Positions 14,150-26,944 of a stretch of 64,000 nucleotides of DNA are shown in pieces. The notes beneath the pieces were generated by a model. That model was not told the origin of the DNA. It searched no databases and saw only the letters and a program-made list of their open reading frames with translations. The translations under genes and the position numbers were made by a program. Within the stretch, counting starts at the first letter, position 1. Each line of letters begins with the position of its first letter. The DNA comes from Camelus dromedarius (Eukaryota), in assembly GCF_036321535.1 (NCBI RefSeq), contig NC_087472.1, positions 94,180,001 to 94,244,000 on the forward strand, read 5' to 3'.

Positions 14150-14432
14150 TATCTGTGTATATACACACACACAATGGAATACTACTCAGCCATAAAAAAG
14201 AATGAAATAATGCCATTTGCAGCAACATGGATGGACCTAGAGATTATCATATTAAATGGAATAAGTCATATAGAGAAAGACAAATATCATACGGTATCAC
14301 AAATATGTGGCATCTAAACAAAATGATACAAATTTTATTTACAAACTAAAAATAGACTTACGGACATAGAAAACAAACGATGGTTACCAAAAGGGAAAGG
14401 GTGGGAGAGGGATAAAACATGAGATTTAAAAA
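14150..14432 (+). mobile_element. LINE-1 3' region fragment
   Basis: acaatggaatactactcagccataaaaaagaatgaaataatgccatttgcagcaacatggatggacctagag is the canonical L1 ORF2 end. Confidence 0.92.
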
Positions 14433-14714
14433 AATTAAGTTTTGAGTAATACATCTTGACATATAAGTTCATATATTCACAAGTTGATTAATGTGTCTTA
14501 TTATCACCTCTAGAATAAATAAAACCTACAAATTAAAATTTATCTTAATCTGTTCATACATTACGGTATGTACCATACTATCTTGGGTATATACCAAGTA
14601 CTTAAAAAACACTTGCCAGAATACTGCTGGCTGGTAAGTGCTTTACCATCTTAACAAAAACGAAGAACTTGAAACTGTTGTTCTATTGAGAGTTTGCAGA
14701 GTCCTGATGGAAAA

Positions 14715-14850
14715 TAATGTGGCTTAGAAGTAAATCAGAGAGTGCTTTTATATTAACTGTGCCATTCTGAATTGTGTGACCATGAGTAAGTTATTTAACA
14801 CTTATACACCTTAGCTTTCTCAGTTGAGAAGTCAGGTCTAGGGAGTAAAA
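14715..14850 (+). mobile_element. MIR remnant
   Basis: tgtgtgaccatgagtaagttatttaacactt...cttagctttctc core motif. Confidence 0.6.
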
Positions 14851-15601
14851 AGGTTCAAATATGCCTTATACCATTAACATGTCCTATACATAGTTCCATC
14901 TATTATTCCAGTGATACTATTATTAATATATCTAACTATATACTTTATTTTATATGTATATAAACAATGTAATTTTTCTTTTTAAGCCATTGTAAAATAT
15001 ACACACTGTTATTCTTATCAAGATAAAAATAATTTGTTTAAAAATGTATCCTGGAATACAAGTCTAGGGTAAAACTTCCTAAAATATAAAGTCTGTCATC
15101 ATGCTAGTTCCTCTTTGTTGCTGCATTCAAAAATATTTTTTCTTGTTTTTGAACTATTAATTTGATTAACTTATGTGATTTTAACTCTGAAAGGAAACAA
15201 GGTAAAGAAAAAAATTTTAATCTCATAGCCCTAATAATAATTTGAATATGTAGTGTTGATTTCCCAGGCTTACAGCTATCCCATGTTTCCCCTTTTAAAA
15301 TAATGTTGCTTTAAAAATCAAGGAAAAAATGGTGAATGTCCATGAAAGGCATTCGTTTTAACTTTCCATTTCATTCTTTTTAACTTTCTATTCTACTAAT
15401 TATAAGCAGTATTGTTCAACTTTCTGCTCTCAACTTATTCATAGTTTTTTTGCATTTTCTAATAAAATGTTAATTATAATGATCTATAAAGCAATTTGAT
15501 AGAAAGTGAACTTTAGTAAAATATAGTTGAATTAATATTATTCTAAAATAAGAAAATATATTTATTTCCATGTAATTTTATAAAATATTTATATTTCTTA
15601 A

Positions 15602-15708
<107 letters not shown>

Positions 15709-15868
15709 CATGTACATATAAATAAAATCTCCAAGAAAGGACGTGGGTTTTTGACATTTTGGAAAGGTACATTGAAAAGGTGGTGATGGGAAGACTGCAA
15801 AGATAAGGGAGAATTTTTTACAATTTTATTGCTGGTCTGTTTTACTTTGCCTGATGTGTATGAGGCAT

Positions 15869-16067
15869 CTAGTGGTGTGTTGGAGCCAGACTATAGCAGT
15901 TCAAGAGAGCTGGTTGTGTACATCTTGACCCAATTCATTTTCAAAGATACCTTAATTTAATAACTTGAAATTGGCTATAGAAGGGGTATGCTACAAATCA
16001 GAACTTTTCTCGTTTTTTTTTTTTTTTTTTAGAGCCTACTGTTAAACATTTCCCAACACATGACTAG
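15869..16067 (+). mobile_element. MER63A-like hAT-Blackjack MITE
   Basis: Terminal inverted repeats ctagtggtgtgttgg / ccaacacatgactag (13/15 match); interior resembles MER63. Confidence 0.82.
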
Positions 16068-18163
16068 TTATAGCCACTGTTTTCCAGGTTTACTGTCTGA
16101 TGATTGTTTTTCTTCATTTATGCTACATTATGTTCAGGGCTATCCCAGAATTTAAGAACAGCAAATAAATGAATAATAAATAACACCTTGCTTCTCGTGA
16201 TTATGGTGACTTGGGAAGTAGAGACACGGATGGAACACCAATGAAAGGAAGGAAGGTTAACACTTAGGCTTAGGGAACCGACTTTCAGTGACTGGGAGTT
16301 AGGAAGTTCCAGAGGACTAAGTGAAAGTCGTGGATTAGAGGCTGGTTTGTCAGATCATGATTCTAGTTTTCAGTAAGAACTTGCAAAGATAAAGTAGGGA
16401 CAGATTGGTTGAGTCATCAAACTTACTACGTGTTCCACCAAATTATAAGCTTATGTTAGAAAAAATAATTCCTTCCCAGTTATTTGTATCATTAATTGAT
16501 GTGGGTGAGAAATTGTGGATATGATACCTAAGTAAGATCTAGCTCTGGGTAGCCAGGAAAGAAAACTTAGGGCAGGTAGATAGTAAATGTTTGTAATTTT
16601 AACTGATTTCACACATTCTTTCCCTACCCACATCTCAAATTCTTACTGATGTAGGAAAGTAGGTATCAAACAGATACACTAAAAGTAGAAGAGAGGAACA
16701 TGGAAAAGAATCAACGTGGAGGTTGAACAAATGTCTCCACATGGGCAGAAAGATTGTCTAATGCTGTTTTATTCATTTCTCTTGCTCTGAACATATGAAA
16801 TTTGGGGATATAACCTCTGAATTCAGTAATAAATGTGTCCTGCCTAGAATATTTGAAGGGAGAGGGTAATTTAATTTTGAGGGATGGGAAAGAGACTTTT
16901 TGATGATTTGCATGAGGGCTAAAAGCGCCTTCTGCTTGACTCTGTAGAACGAAGAAGTATAGTATGATTTCAAGGGCATACCTGCATGGGAGACCACATG
17001 TCAAAAGCTTGTTTCAGGTTCCAGTGCTTTTAACATTTTTAAGGGTCAGAGATATGTTTCAACATCCAGTGAATTATAAACTCTTTCTTTTGAAAAATAC
17101 CCATGCACATTTTGCAAGCAATGTCCTGGTATATTTGGATCATCCACAGAATTCATCATATTAAGAACATGTGCTCTAGACCTTAAGAATTCCATTCCTA
17201 CTTGTCCAATCCAGTTTTTAAGAAATAGTATTAGATTTCTAGTCAAGATTAATCAGTTTATTCTTGTGTAGCATAGTTTTTGTATAAAATTATTTCATAA
17301 ATTTTAGAAAAGAAGTAGTGACATAAGTTGAAAGGGGCAGAGAAGTGAACCCCAATATCCTTAAGATGATGGCATATAACACATTGTTACTTGTCTTCCA
17401 TTAAATTCATACTTACTTGGCTGATGAAGTTCTCAAGATTGGCCCTTGTTGCATCTGAATTAACTATGGTCCTTGACTTTGGACGTAGTTTATAAGGGGT
17501 TCTGCTAATGCTAAGAGCCCTTAAAAGAGTTCTACCATTTTCTTCATCTTGTTTCTGACGTTAACTGCTCCCACATCCAGCAGAGATGGTTACTCCATCT
17601 CTGATCTATTCGGAGTCACTCTGTCACTGGAGAGAGCTTCTCTCAGCTCATAGATATATTTAGTTCTTTTCATTTATTAAAATAATAGCAATAAAAATAT
17701 GTGTCCTACAATTTTATCTGACAATTCCTTACCTTTCTCAACTCTTTCACAATCAAATATTGGGATTTAAGAAACCCATTAAAGAATATTTATGACTTCT
17801 TTTCCTCAGTTTTAACAAATTGATAAATAAGCACAGAATATAGTAAAATGAAAGTCTAGGCATATTTCTCCTCTATTTATAAACAAGCAATGATTTATTA
17901 TTATTTCAGCATTTCTTAAAAGAGCATTCAAAATGTTGCCCCTGTTCACCTTGCCTTTCTTATCTCTTACCAGCCAGCGTTACACCCACCTCACCTAGTG
18001 GAAACTAAATTTAGTGAACCGCTCTCTGTTCCTCAGTTGGATGATGATCTCTCTTCTCTAGGCCATGTTTTTTATTTTTCTATTTGTTTTTAATACAATG
18101 CTGCCTCTTCGTGGATCACTTTTCCTCTCTGTATCCACATTTGCATATGAAATTGATCTCACA

Positions 18164-18690
18164 CAGGCATTCTTAGCCTTTTTCATGGAAGAACATCTTC
18201 AACAGTCTGGTGGACCCCTTCTCAGAATAATGTTCTTACACACATAAAGTAAAATACATAGGATTACAAAAGAAGCTGGTTATTTTGAAATATAATTATC
18301 AAAATATTAAAAATATATAATTATGTCTTCTATTATCAACTAAGATCTAGAGGTAACTTTAATAACTATCATTTTAAGTTACAAATATTAACATCCTTGA
18401 CACTGCTAATACTGCTATGATGGGTGTTTGCATTCACAATTTAAGGAAGTGCTCATTTTAACAGCTTTATTGAAGTAAAATTGATATAAAAACTGCACAT
18501 ATTGAACATATACAGTTTGATAAAATAGAACATATCCATACACCCAAGAAACCATCATTGCAGTCAAGGTAATAGATATAACCACTACCTTGAAAAGTTT
18601 AAAAAAGTCTAATTTTAATTAGAGATGGACTGCATTTTTGCTACAACCAAGTTGGCAGACTCTTTGAATTCTATCCCAGGATATCTGTCT
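18164..18690 (+). mobile_element. MER119-like hAT-Charlie element, interrupted by an L1 3' end
   Basis: ggaccccttctcagaataatgttctt...aaaatacataggattacaaaagaa...; the element resumes after 18600. Confidence 0.72.
18457..18600 (-). mobile_element. Older L1 (L1MA/MB-type) 3' end
   Basis: ttttaacagctttattgaagtaaaattgatata...aaaccatcattgcagtcaaggtaatagatata. Confidence 0.8.
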
Positions 18691-19225
18691 TGGGATATTC
18701 TCTGACCTCCTATTTTTGGATTAGGTTGCATTCTTTGTTAACTGGAAACAATCACCAGTTTTTAGATAACAGTAATGATTCTATTGTATTTACCAATTTA
18801 ATTTGATTCTTCTAGACGTCTCAGAAAGGGCCATTTATATCTTTTACATGAATGTTTTTCCAACTCCTAGCACAGATGACAGAGTTCGTGAATGACTAAA
18901 TGAACAACTTTGAAATAGAAATTTGTGGCTCATGGACTGTTGTCTTCTAGCTATAGTGAAAGGAAGGAAAAAGTACAAAGATATTTTCTTTTCCTGGTAA
19001 TTGTTTTTTTCTTTTCCTTATTTTCTACATGGATGGAATCATTAGAGATTAATATTGATGAGTTTTTCAGATATGGCAGCAATAATATAAATACATTATT
19101 AAGGAAAACTCAGTCTGAACCTCATAATATTCTATGCCAAAAAATACAGAGAAAAAAATTATTCTATGCATAGAAAATTGCATGATTTATACACAGTGGT
19201 AGCTCTGCCTAAAATTGGCTATACA

Positions 19226-19800
19226 TTATCTCTTCCCAGGCAGAATGTCCTCCAATTTCATCCATGTTGTTGCAAATGGAAAGATTTCTTTCTTTTTTAA
19301 GGCTGAGTAATATTCTGTTGTTACACACACAGTGCAGTTGTATATATATAATTGTATTATAGTGTATGTATGTGCGTATTTATGTATATGTAAAATGGGT
19401 ATTATCCATTCATCTGTCATTGGGTAAGTTTCCATTATTTTGACTACTGCGAATAATGCTGCAATGAACATGGGAGTGCAGATTATACTGCAGATAGTGA
19501 TTTTATATCCTTTGGATATATACACATAGGGGAATTTCTGCATCAGATCAGTTCTATTTTTAATTTTTCGATGCACCTCTGTACTATTTTCCATAGTGGT
19601 TGCACCACTTTACATTGCCACCAGCAATGTACAAGGGTTCCCTTTTCTCCACACTTGGCTATTTCTTACCTTTTTAATGATAACCATTCTAACAGGTGTG
19701 ACGTGATATCTCATTGTGGTTTTGATTTGCATTTCCCTGATGATTTGTAATATCGAGTACCTTTTCATATTACCTGTTGGCCATTTGCATGTCTTTAACT
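19226..19800 (-). mobile_element. LINE-1 ORF2 C-terminal fragment
   Basis: Minus-strand ORF reads CTPMFIAALF...EYYSALKKKEIFPFATTWMKLEDI; DNA shows tctcattgtggttttgatttgcatttccctgatg. Confidence 0.92.
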
Positions 19801-20569
19801 TAAAAATGTAAGTTGTTGGTATTATTTGTGTATATTTTTATCATTTGTCTCTTTTTATTGTTATAATGAGCTTCCAGGTAATACTTAAAACTTCTTATTG
19901 TGGTTTTCTTTTAGTTTCTCATTTCATGTTTTGAGAAATTGTTTTTTTTTTTTCGTAAGTTAAGAGGCATAAAAATAACTTTATGATGAATTGTACATTT
20001 TATCATTAGAAAGTGGCACATTTGTTTTTAAAGTATTTTGCCTTTAATTAAATCTTCCATGATATTAACGTCACAACTCTTTTATTTTCATAATATGACT
20101 AGTTGGACCTTTATAATCATTTACTTTTATTCATTTAGTGTAACTATTTTTCATATACCACATTTTCAGGCTGAGTTTTGATATTATCCAAGAATCCTTT
20201 CCTTCTAATAGGTTAACTTTTCCTATTTACATTTATTGATGTATTCAGAAGATTTTATTTTACTCCTTTTCTCTTACTGTATATTATCTTACCTGTATCT
20301 AATATTACCCCTTTATTTTTGATAAACACATTTTTATATAATTCTATTTTTCTATTTATAATTCAGAAGGTTGGCAATTAATTTCTATTCACCCTTTGAT
20401 TTATTCTATAAATTAAAAGATATTTAATCTAAATTACTGGAAGGTATTAGAAGAAGGGGTTCTGGTGAATCAGATGTATTTGGAACATTCCCAGAGTGAA
20501 AATCCGAAGTAGGCTGGTTCTAAATAATTACAATGGTAGCTTGAGAACCTGTGACTGATGGCTCTTAGC

Positions 20570-20690
20570 ATTCCTACTTATTTAATTTTTTAAAGAAATA
20601 CAGTATCTCAAATGCTCTTGAAGGCACAGAGGAGATTAAAATATGAAAAAAAAAACCACTGATGACTGAATTAAAAGTAAAATTGTGCAG
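20570..20690 (+). mobile_element. Pogo/Tc2-type (TcMar) transposase C-terminal remnant
   Basis: Translates LKKYSISNALEGTEE, resembling the FKKCCISNALDGTEDD motif of pogo/Tc2-like transposases. Confidence 0.45.
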
Positions 20691-20708
20691 GCTATAATAA
20701 TGCATCTT

Positions 20709-20921
20709 TTTTTTTTATTGAAGTATAGTCAGTTACAATTTGTCAATTTCTGGTGCACAGCATAATGTCCCAGTCATGCATATACATGCATATACTCACT
20801 TTCATATTCTTTTTCATTAAAGGTTATTACAAGATACTGAATATAGTTCCCTGTGCTATACAGAAGAAATTTGTTTTTATGTATTTTTGTATATAGTAGT
20901 TATCATTTGCAAATCTCAAAC
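20709..20921 (-). mobile_element. Short young L1 3'UTR fragment with TSD
   Basis: Poly-T plus L1 3'UTR. TSD ataataatgcatctt (20694-20708) / ataatgatgcatgtt (20922-20936), followed by AAAA. Confidence 0.9.
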
Positions 20922-21216
20922 ATAATGATGCATGTTAAAATCAGTGAAAATATAATGAACTATGACATATAATTACCTTTTTGAACTCTCCACTATGAAG
21001 AATGAGTATATTAGCAGGCTCTTTCCATCTCTACTTTCTGATAATTACTTTTACAATATATGTAATGTTATAAGCTCTATAATATATACTTTTAAAGTAA
21101 TAATAATCTATTCTTGACTTGTCAACTTAAGATTTTGTTTTTTTCCTTCATTGGAAAATGTTGAAATTAATGTGCTTAACCTTTCTCATGTCTCATGTCA
21201 TAAATTTGGTTTCTTA

Positions 21217-21295
21217 TTAGATGGGACCATATGAAATTGCCCATTTCTCAGATCAAAACTACCAACTATTGATAATTTCATATAGTCTAACATAG
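21217..21295. mobile_element. MADE2 (mariner MITE)
   Basis: About 80-bp imperfect palindrome ttagatgggaccatatgaaattgcc...taatttcatatagtctaacata. Confidence 0.78.
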
Positions 21296-21399
21296 TTATT
21301 ATTTTTATATTAAGTTTTTATAATTTTAATTTATAAAACCATATTTTACACAAAGTTTGGGAGATTTAATATAAATGCCATGTAAATATACTATGAAAT

Positions 21400-22950
21400 T
21401 TTACTCAATCCCCCCCCCAAATATATATAATGGCTCAGTATAATTACTCATTGAACAAGGTAATATCAAAATATAAAATATTTTCCAAAAATACTGAAAA
21501 TGAGTCCACATAGAGGGAATCCTTAATGTTTTCCCCCAGAAAATTGACAAATCAAGTAGACAAATTAAAATAGGAAATTTAAATAGAAGAATAACAAGCT
21601 GAGTCAAAGAGATGTGTAGAGAAAATTGTATCTCAGAAAGAGTTCTTGTCAAGTTGTTCTGGAACACTTCCAAACACTGACTGTATTATAGCCACAAAGA
21701 AAATTAAAGTTTATTTAATTCATAAAAAATATCGTTTAGGCCACATTCTCTGAATTCTAAACAACAAAACAAGAAGGGGAGGGTAATAGCTCAGTGATAG
21801 AGCATATGCTTAGCATGCACAGGGTCCTGGGTTCAATCTCCAGTACCTCCACAAAGAAAGAAAGAAAGAAAGAAAGAAAAAGAATTGAAAATAAATTTAA
21901 AACTTTATTATCCATTTGACTTCAAAAACAAAGTTATATTTAGAATAGTATAAGGTAGAAAATGTAATGGAAATAGTTTAATAAATAATACCTAAGTGTT
22001 ATTTACAAAACTTTGTATGAGAATATTCAGGTTCAAGATGGGAAGCCGGACACCCACATTTCTATCACATTGACCTCTTATTTAACAAAAGATGCCTGAA
22101 AGAGGTATAAAGTATGAAAGAATTAATAACCTTAGAAGAAACGTTTCAAATCATGTGGTTGGTTAAACAACATGGAATTCTGTGGAGAACTTGTCAATTA
22201 ATTCTGGTTGTCAGATTAGCCCTGAGAGCAACACTGGGTAAAGATAACACTTACAGAAAGAAAATGATTATTTTCACTTAAGAACACGTGTATATATCCC
22301 TGAAATATAATATTGACAAATTAAATGTAACAGATTCTTAAAAGAAAAGTTATTCGTGACCTAGTAGATGTTATCCCAAGAATTCAAGGAAGTTTCACAA
22401 CTTAAAAAAAAAAAAAGTTAACAGAATTCTTTTGAGAAATATGAAACAAAAATAAATTATACAAATATTTCAAAAGTTGCTGGAAAAGCCTGACAATATA
22501 ATAGCAATTCCTGTTAAAAGTCTTTAGAAATAGATTCCTTTCAATATCATAAAGCATATTTTACTAGAAATAGTGAACATGATACTAAATGTGAGTTAAT
22601 GGAGTGATACTCCTAATATACTCAGTAATACATGCCTAAACATGGGTAAAATGACTCAAAACCATTCAAAATTTTTCTGGATTACAAAAAATATTTAAAA
22701 TGGGCAAAGAAATATGGATATTAGAAACAGACGAGACTTATTTGGTTTACGGAAGTGAAATGTCTACTTAGCCTAATTTTGAAGTTAAACAACCATTAGA
22801 ACCAAATAGTTCAGTCATCTTGATAACAGACATACATATACATGCACGTACACACACACACATAACACATCAGTCACATATATATATGACTAATAAGTGA
22901 TGAGAAAATATAGTCATAAACAGATCCAGTTTACACTAGTAACGCAGTAA
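21400..22950 (+). mobile_element. Old, highly degraded L1 ORF2 fragments
   Basis: A-rich text with L1 remnants (aaattgacaaatcaagtagacaaa, ggccacattctctga, gttatcccaagaattcaaggaagtttca). Confidence 0.55.
21776..21883 (+). mobile_element. tRNA-Ala-derived camelid SINE (Vic-1 type)
   Basis: ggggagggtaatagctcagtgatagagcatatgcttagcatgcacagggtcctgggttcaatctccagtacctcca plus a (gaaa)n tail. Confidence 0.9.
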
Positions 22951-22959
22951 AATTTCACC

Positions 22960-23580
22960 CCATCTCTAAAGCTGTCACTCTATCTAGTCTACCCAGCCTC
23001 CAGTCATCTATGTCTTCACTGGTCTCTTTGCTTCCACCCTTGATTCCCTGCAGTCTTTTTCAACAAAGCAGCCAGAGATATCTTTTCTTTCCTTTCTGTC
23101 AGGGGTATTTTTTGTAAAGCTAAAGGTAGGATTGTTCATAGCCTGCGATAGCTACGTTCTCACTCAGAGTGAAAGCAAAAAACCTCACAGGATTGCTATA
23201 CAGTCGTGGCTCCCTTTATGTCTGTGACCTCATATTCTGAAACTATCCACTTGCTCACTTTGCTTCAGCCACACTGGCTTCCTTCCTCTTAGAGCATGCG
23301 AAATATGCTTCATCTCAGATGTTCTTCCTCTCATAAGCTGTTGCTTTGCCTAACTGTGATTTCCCAGTTATCTATAGGACTTACTCTCTCACCTCCTCCA
23401 GTTATTTGTTGAATGCTCACCCTCTTTTGAAGACCTTACAGGTTCATCCTACTTAGACTTGTGTTACCCACCCTGTCTGTTCTTTGTTTTTCCTTTTAAC
23501 GCTCATCACTGTGTTAAATATTTTGCATTTTCCTGATTTATCCCACTTATTTCTGTCCCCCAGTGACAAGGACCTAAGAC
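22960..23580 (+). mobile_element. LINE-2 remnant
   Basis: actggtctctttgcttccacccttg...caacaaagcagccagaga...cactttgcttcagccacactggcttcctt. Confidence 0.78.
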
Positions 23581-23764
23581 CATGTAGGTTGAGAACTCCA
23601 CAGCTTTAGCAGAAACATTCACATAGATTACAACATATCTTTACTCCCTGTCTTTGTGTATTGTGTGACCTGCACAAATGTATATAGTGACCCTGTTCTC
23701 ACAATAGCAATTCAAAAGCTGTTTGACCATCAGTTTTTGCTGTTTTGTTTTTTTTTCCTGTCAT

Positions 23765-25620
23765 ATAAGGAGTGAGGTTAAGAGTCATGGAAAATGAGGT
23801 CAGAGAGGTAAGAAGACTGAATTTTGGATGAGCTTTGAAGGCCATTGGAGGAACTTGGAGTTTACTTGGAGTAAGGTTGGGAAATAACTGGAGAATTAGA
23901 ATGAGATGAGTGATCTAATTCAACTTTTGCTTTAAAAGGATCCCTCTAGCTGTTAGGTTGAGAATAGACTGGATGTGGAAGAAGATGGTGTAATGGACAG
24001 GGATTAGGAGGCTATGATAATGGATCAGGCCAGAAATGATGGTGACTTAGAAAGGGGAGCACATTGGAGGTCAAGAGTTTTGCTCAGGTCCTGGATGTAT
24101 ATTGAAGGTAGAACTAGTAGGAATTGCTGATAGATTGGATGTTGGGTATAGGAGAAAAAGCAAAGTTAAGGATAACCAAAAAGGTTTTGGGCCGAGCAAC
24201 TAAAAGTATGCTGTTGCTGTTGCTACTTGTGAAAGTGGGAGAAGTACCTGGAGGGATTTGTGTTGGTGGGAGATGAGTAGTTGGACTTTGAATATATCAA
24301 GTTTCATATTTTTATTGGACATTTGAATATACTTGGATATATGATATTGAACTTGAAACACAGACATAAAAGCTGAAGATAGAAATTTATGTTTTATCAG
24401 TCTATAGACGGGTTTTTACTTTATTTCTTCTTCTTGTTAATTGTGGTTAAAAATATATACCATAAAATGTACTATCTTAACCATTTTAAAGTATATAATT
24501 CAGTAATGTTAACTATTACAGTTTTTAAGCCATAACCCTGAGTGAGTTCAACAAGAGGATTAGTATAGAGAGCAAGGAGAAAATGTCTCAAGGTTGATTC
24601 CTGGGGTAATCCAATGTAAAAACTGATGACGGAGAACCAACAAAGTATGGAAGGAAAAGCCCATGAAGAGGAAGAGAGAAAACTAGGCGTATGAGGTGAG
24701 TTAAAAGTCAAGGGAAAAACAGCCTCAGCATGAAGTACTGATTAACTGTGTCACATGCTGCTGAATATTCAAAACAGATGAGCATTTACATGTGACTATT
24801 TGATTTAGTACTGTGGAGCTCATTAGTAACAGTGGTATATTAACATTAATGCATTTTCTCCAGTTCTTCACCTCTGTCTCTATTCATGTCCTCCACCTTG
24901 TGGCTTTTCAGTTCTTCCCACTAGAGAGAAAATGTATTCCTGTCCCTAACCTTGGACTCAGCCACGTTACCTGTTTAGATTGTTGAAACACAGATAGCAG
25001 TTCTATATATGCTAGTTCCTTAAGAGGTAGGCATATTTCTGTTCATCTTGTCCTTCTATATCGCCATGAGAAAGACGTGATCTGGTTAGCCTGTTGATCC
25101 AAGGAGGATAAGACACCCATGAGACAGACTCAAACCCAGTCAGCAGCTTAGAATTGTCTAGCCCAGCACGCATCTCTGTCACCTGACTCCTAGACAACTG
25201 CTTTTGATAGACGGAAGCCAGAGAGATTATGTGCTTTTATAAGAGATTATTTGCTTGTTATACAGTTGATTGATGTGGTGACCTTGGCAAGAGCTGTGTT
25301 GTTGGAATGATGGATAGAGATCCTGTCTGAAGCAAGTTCAAAGGAGAATGGGAAGAAAATAATTGGATATATTATCTCAAAACTTCTGTGCAGTTTTTTA
25401 TGATTTTCCCATAAATGGGGTGTAAGAAATTGGAAAGTATCTGGAGAGAGATGTGAAGTAAAAAATGATTTCTTTTTGGATGACAGAAATGACAGCATGT
25501 TTGAATGCTAATGAGAATGATCCAGTAGAATTGGGGGATGGGCAGGGAATGACAATGCAAGAAAGAAGGTGGAGAATGAGTCCAGTCATTCTGGAGGATA
25601 CTAGGTAAACAAGTGAAGAT
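23765..25620 (-). mobile_element. LINE-2 remnant interrupted by a short L1 3' end (about 24430-24520) and an MLT1 LTR
   Basis: Reverse L2 text (tgaggtcagagaggtaag, gaaggtagaactagtaggaattgctgatagattggatg, actgtgtcacatgctgctga, gtgaccttggcaagagctg). Confidence 0.78.
24832..25265 (+). mobile_element. MLT1 (J/I-like) ERVL-MaLR solo LTR
   Basis: ttcttcccactagagag...ccttggactcagccacgttacctg...cgccatgagaaagacgtg...tgcttgttatacag; nested in the L2. Confidence 0.72.
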
Positions 25621-25749
25621 TTTGGCTTAGGAAAGTTTCAAATTCAGATTGTCCTGAAGTGAAAATCCACGCATTTTCTATTAAAATACGCTGTCAAGCT
25701 TCTCTCTCTCTCTAAAAGAAGCAAATGTGGAACGAGAGTGGGAAGATGT

Positions 25750-25940
25750 GTAGTAAAGCCAATTTAGTGGAATGATAATTTAAAGTCCAGAGATCTTCCT
25801 AGGGTGTGCCTTTAATTAGATGCATAATTTCAGGCAGGTTCTCAAATTATTTGCATCACTTCATTTCCTCACCTATTAAAAAATGAATAGAGAGATGAGT
25901 TCTAAATTTCTTCATCTAGCTCTACAATAGTATTATTCCA
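25750..25940 (+). mobile_element. MIR remnant
   Basis: cttcatttcctcacctattaaaaaatg...ttctaaatttcttcatctagctctacaatag. Confidence 0.5.
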
Positions 25941-26944
25941 AGACCCGACTATTATGTTTCAAATGCCCCTCTGAGAGCTGTTGCCATCATTATGTAAGTG
26001 CACAGCTTACTGGCATCCTCCTATATAACAGATCTCAAAATGCCTCTTTCACAGTAACATCCCAAACTTGCCTAAAGTCAGATATTTTAGAATATCTGAC
26101 ATCTGCTTAGTCTCCCAAGACTAGCGGAAAGGATTGAATAATAGTTATTTTAGGATGTAATTGCTGCACTGTTAAAAAATAAATCCCTCTGCAACTAAAT
26201 AATGTCACATTTCTAAACCACTTATGTAACCAAAATGATTTATCCAAATAAAAGAGCATAATTTTAGGAAACATTTAAAAAGTCATTGCAAGTGGTTTTC
26301 ATTACTAGCCCACTGTACTGTGAAAGTGTGATTCTTTATAGTTTAGATGGTAGCTATGTAGAACAATGGCAGTTTTGTAATATTACGTGTTAAAAAAATC
26401 TGAGCTTAATAGCAATAGAAAAAGGATACATAATACACGAAAGGGAATGTGAAAGTGCCTAAAAGGCCTTAAATACCTTGGAGCGAATAGAAGGTAGTGA
26501 TAAGCAATTATAGAAAAAGATTAAAAAAAAAACTGTACTTGATCAGTTCCTATACAAATAAAAGAGGAGTAATTGACAGTCAAGAGGGGTAACATACATA
26601 AATGGAAATGAGGACCTAAGGGGAAGAAATTGAGAAGACAAAGGGAAAAAAATTTCTGGTGAACTTAACTTTGTATATTCAAGCTCAAGCTAATTAACTT
26701 TTGTAATTTTAAAGAGCAACCCACTGAGCCTAGGGGTTGGGAGTGTGGATAAATAATAATAGATGAATATATAATAAATATGAAGTGATAGCATCTTCTG
26801 AGTATGAATAACCACATTTTATTTAAAATTTGTGTAATTTTAAAGAATATCAAGAAACTAAGTTTGGCATGGCATACTAACTAGAACGGTACGATGCCAG
26901 TGCATATTAAAATCCTCAGTCCACAAAGAGTTACAATGTCCTGC

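Noticed and set aside
26077..26100. Perfect 10-bp hairpin gtcagatatt-ttag-aatatctgac
   Set aside because: About one such stem is expected by chance in 64 kb of AT-rich DNA. It is too short for a pre-miRNA and has no supporting context.
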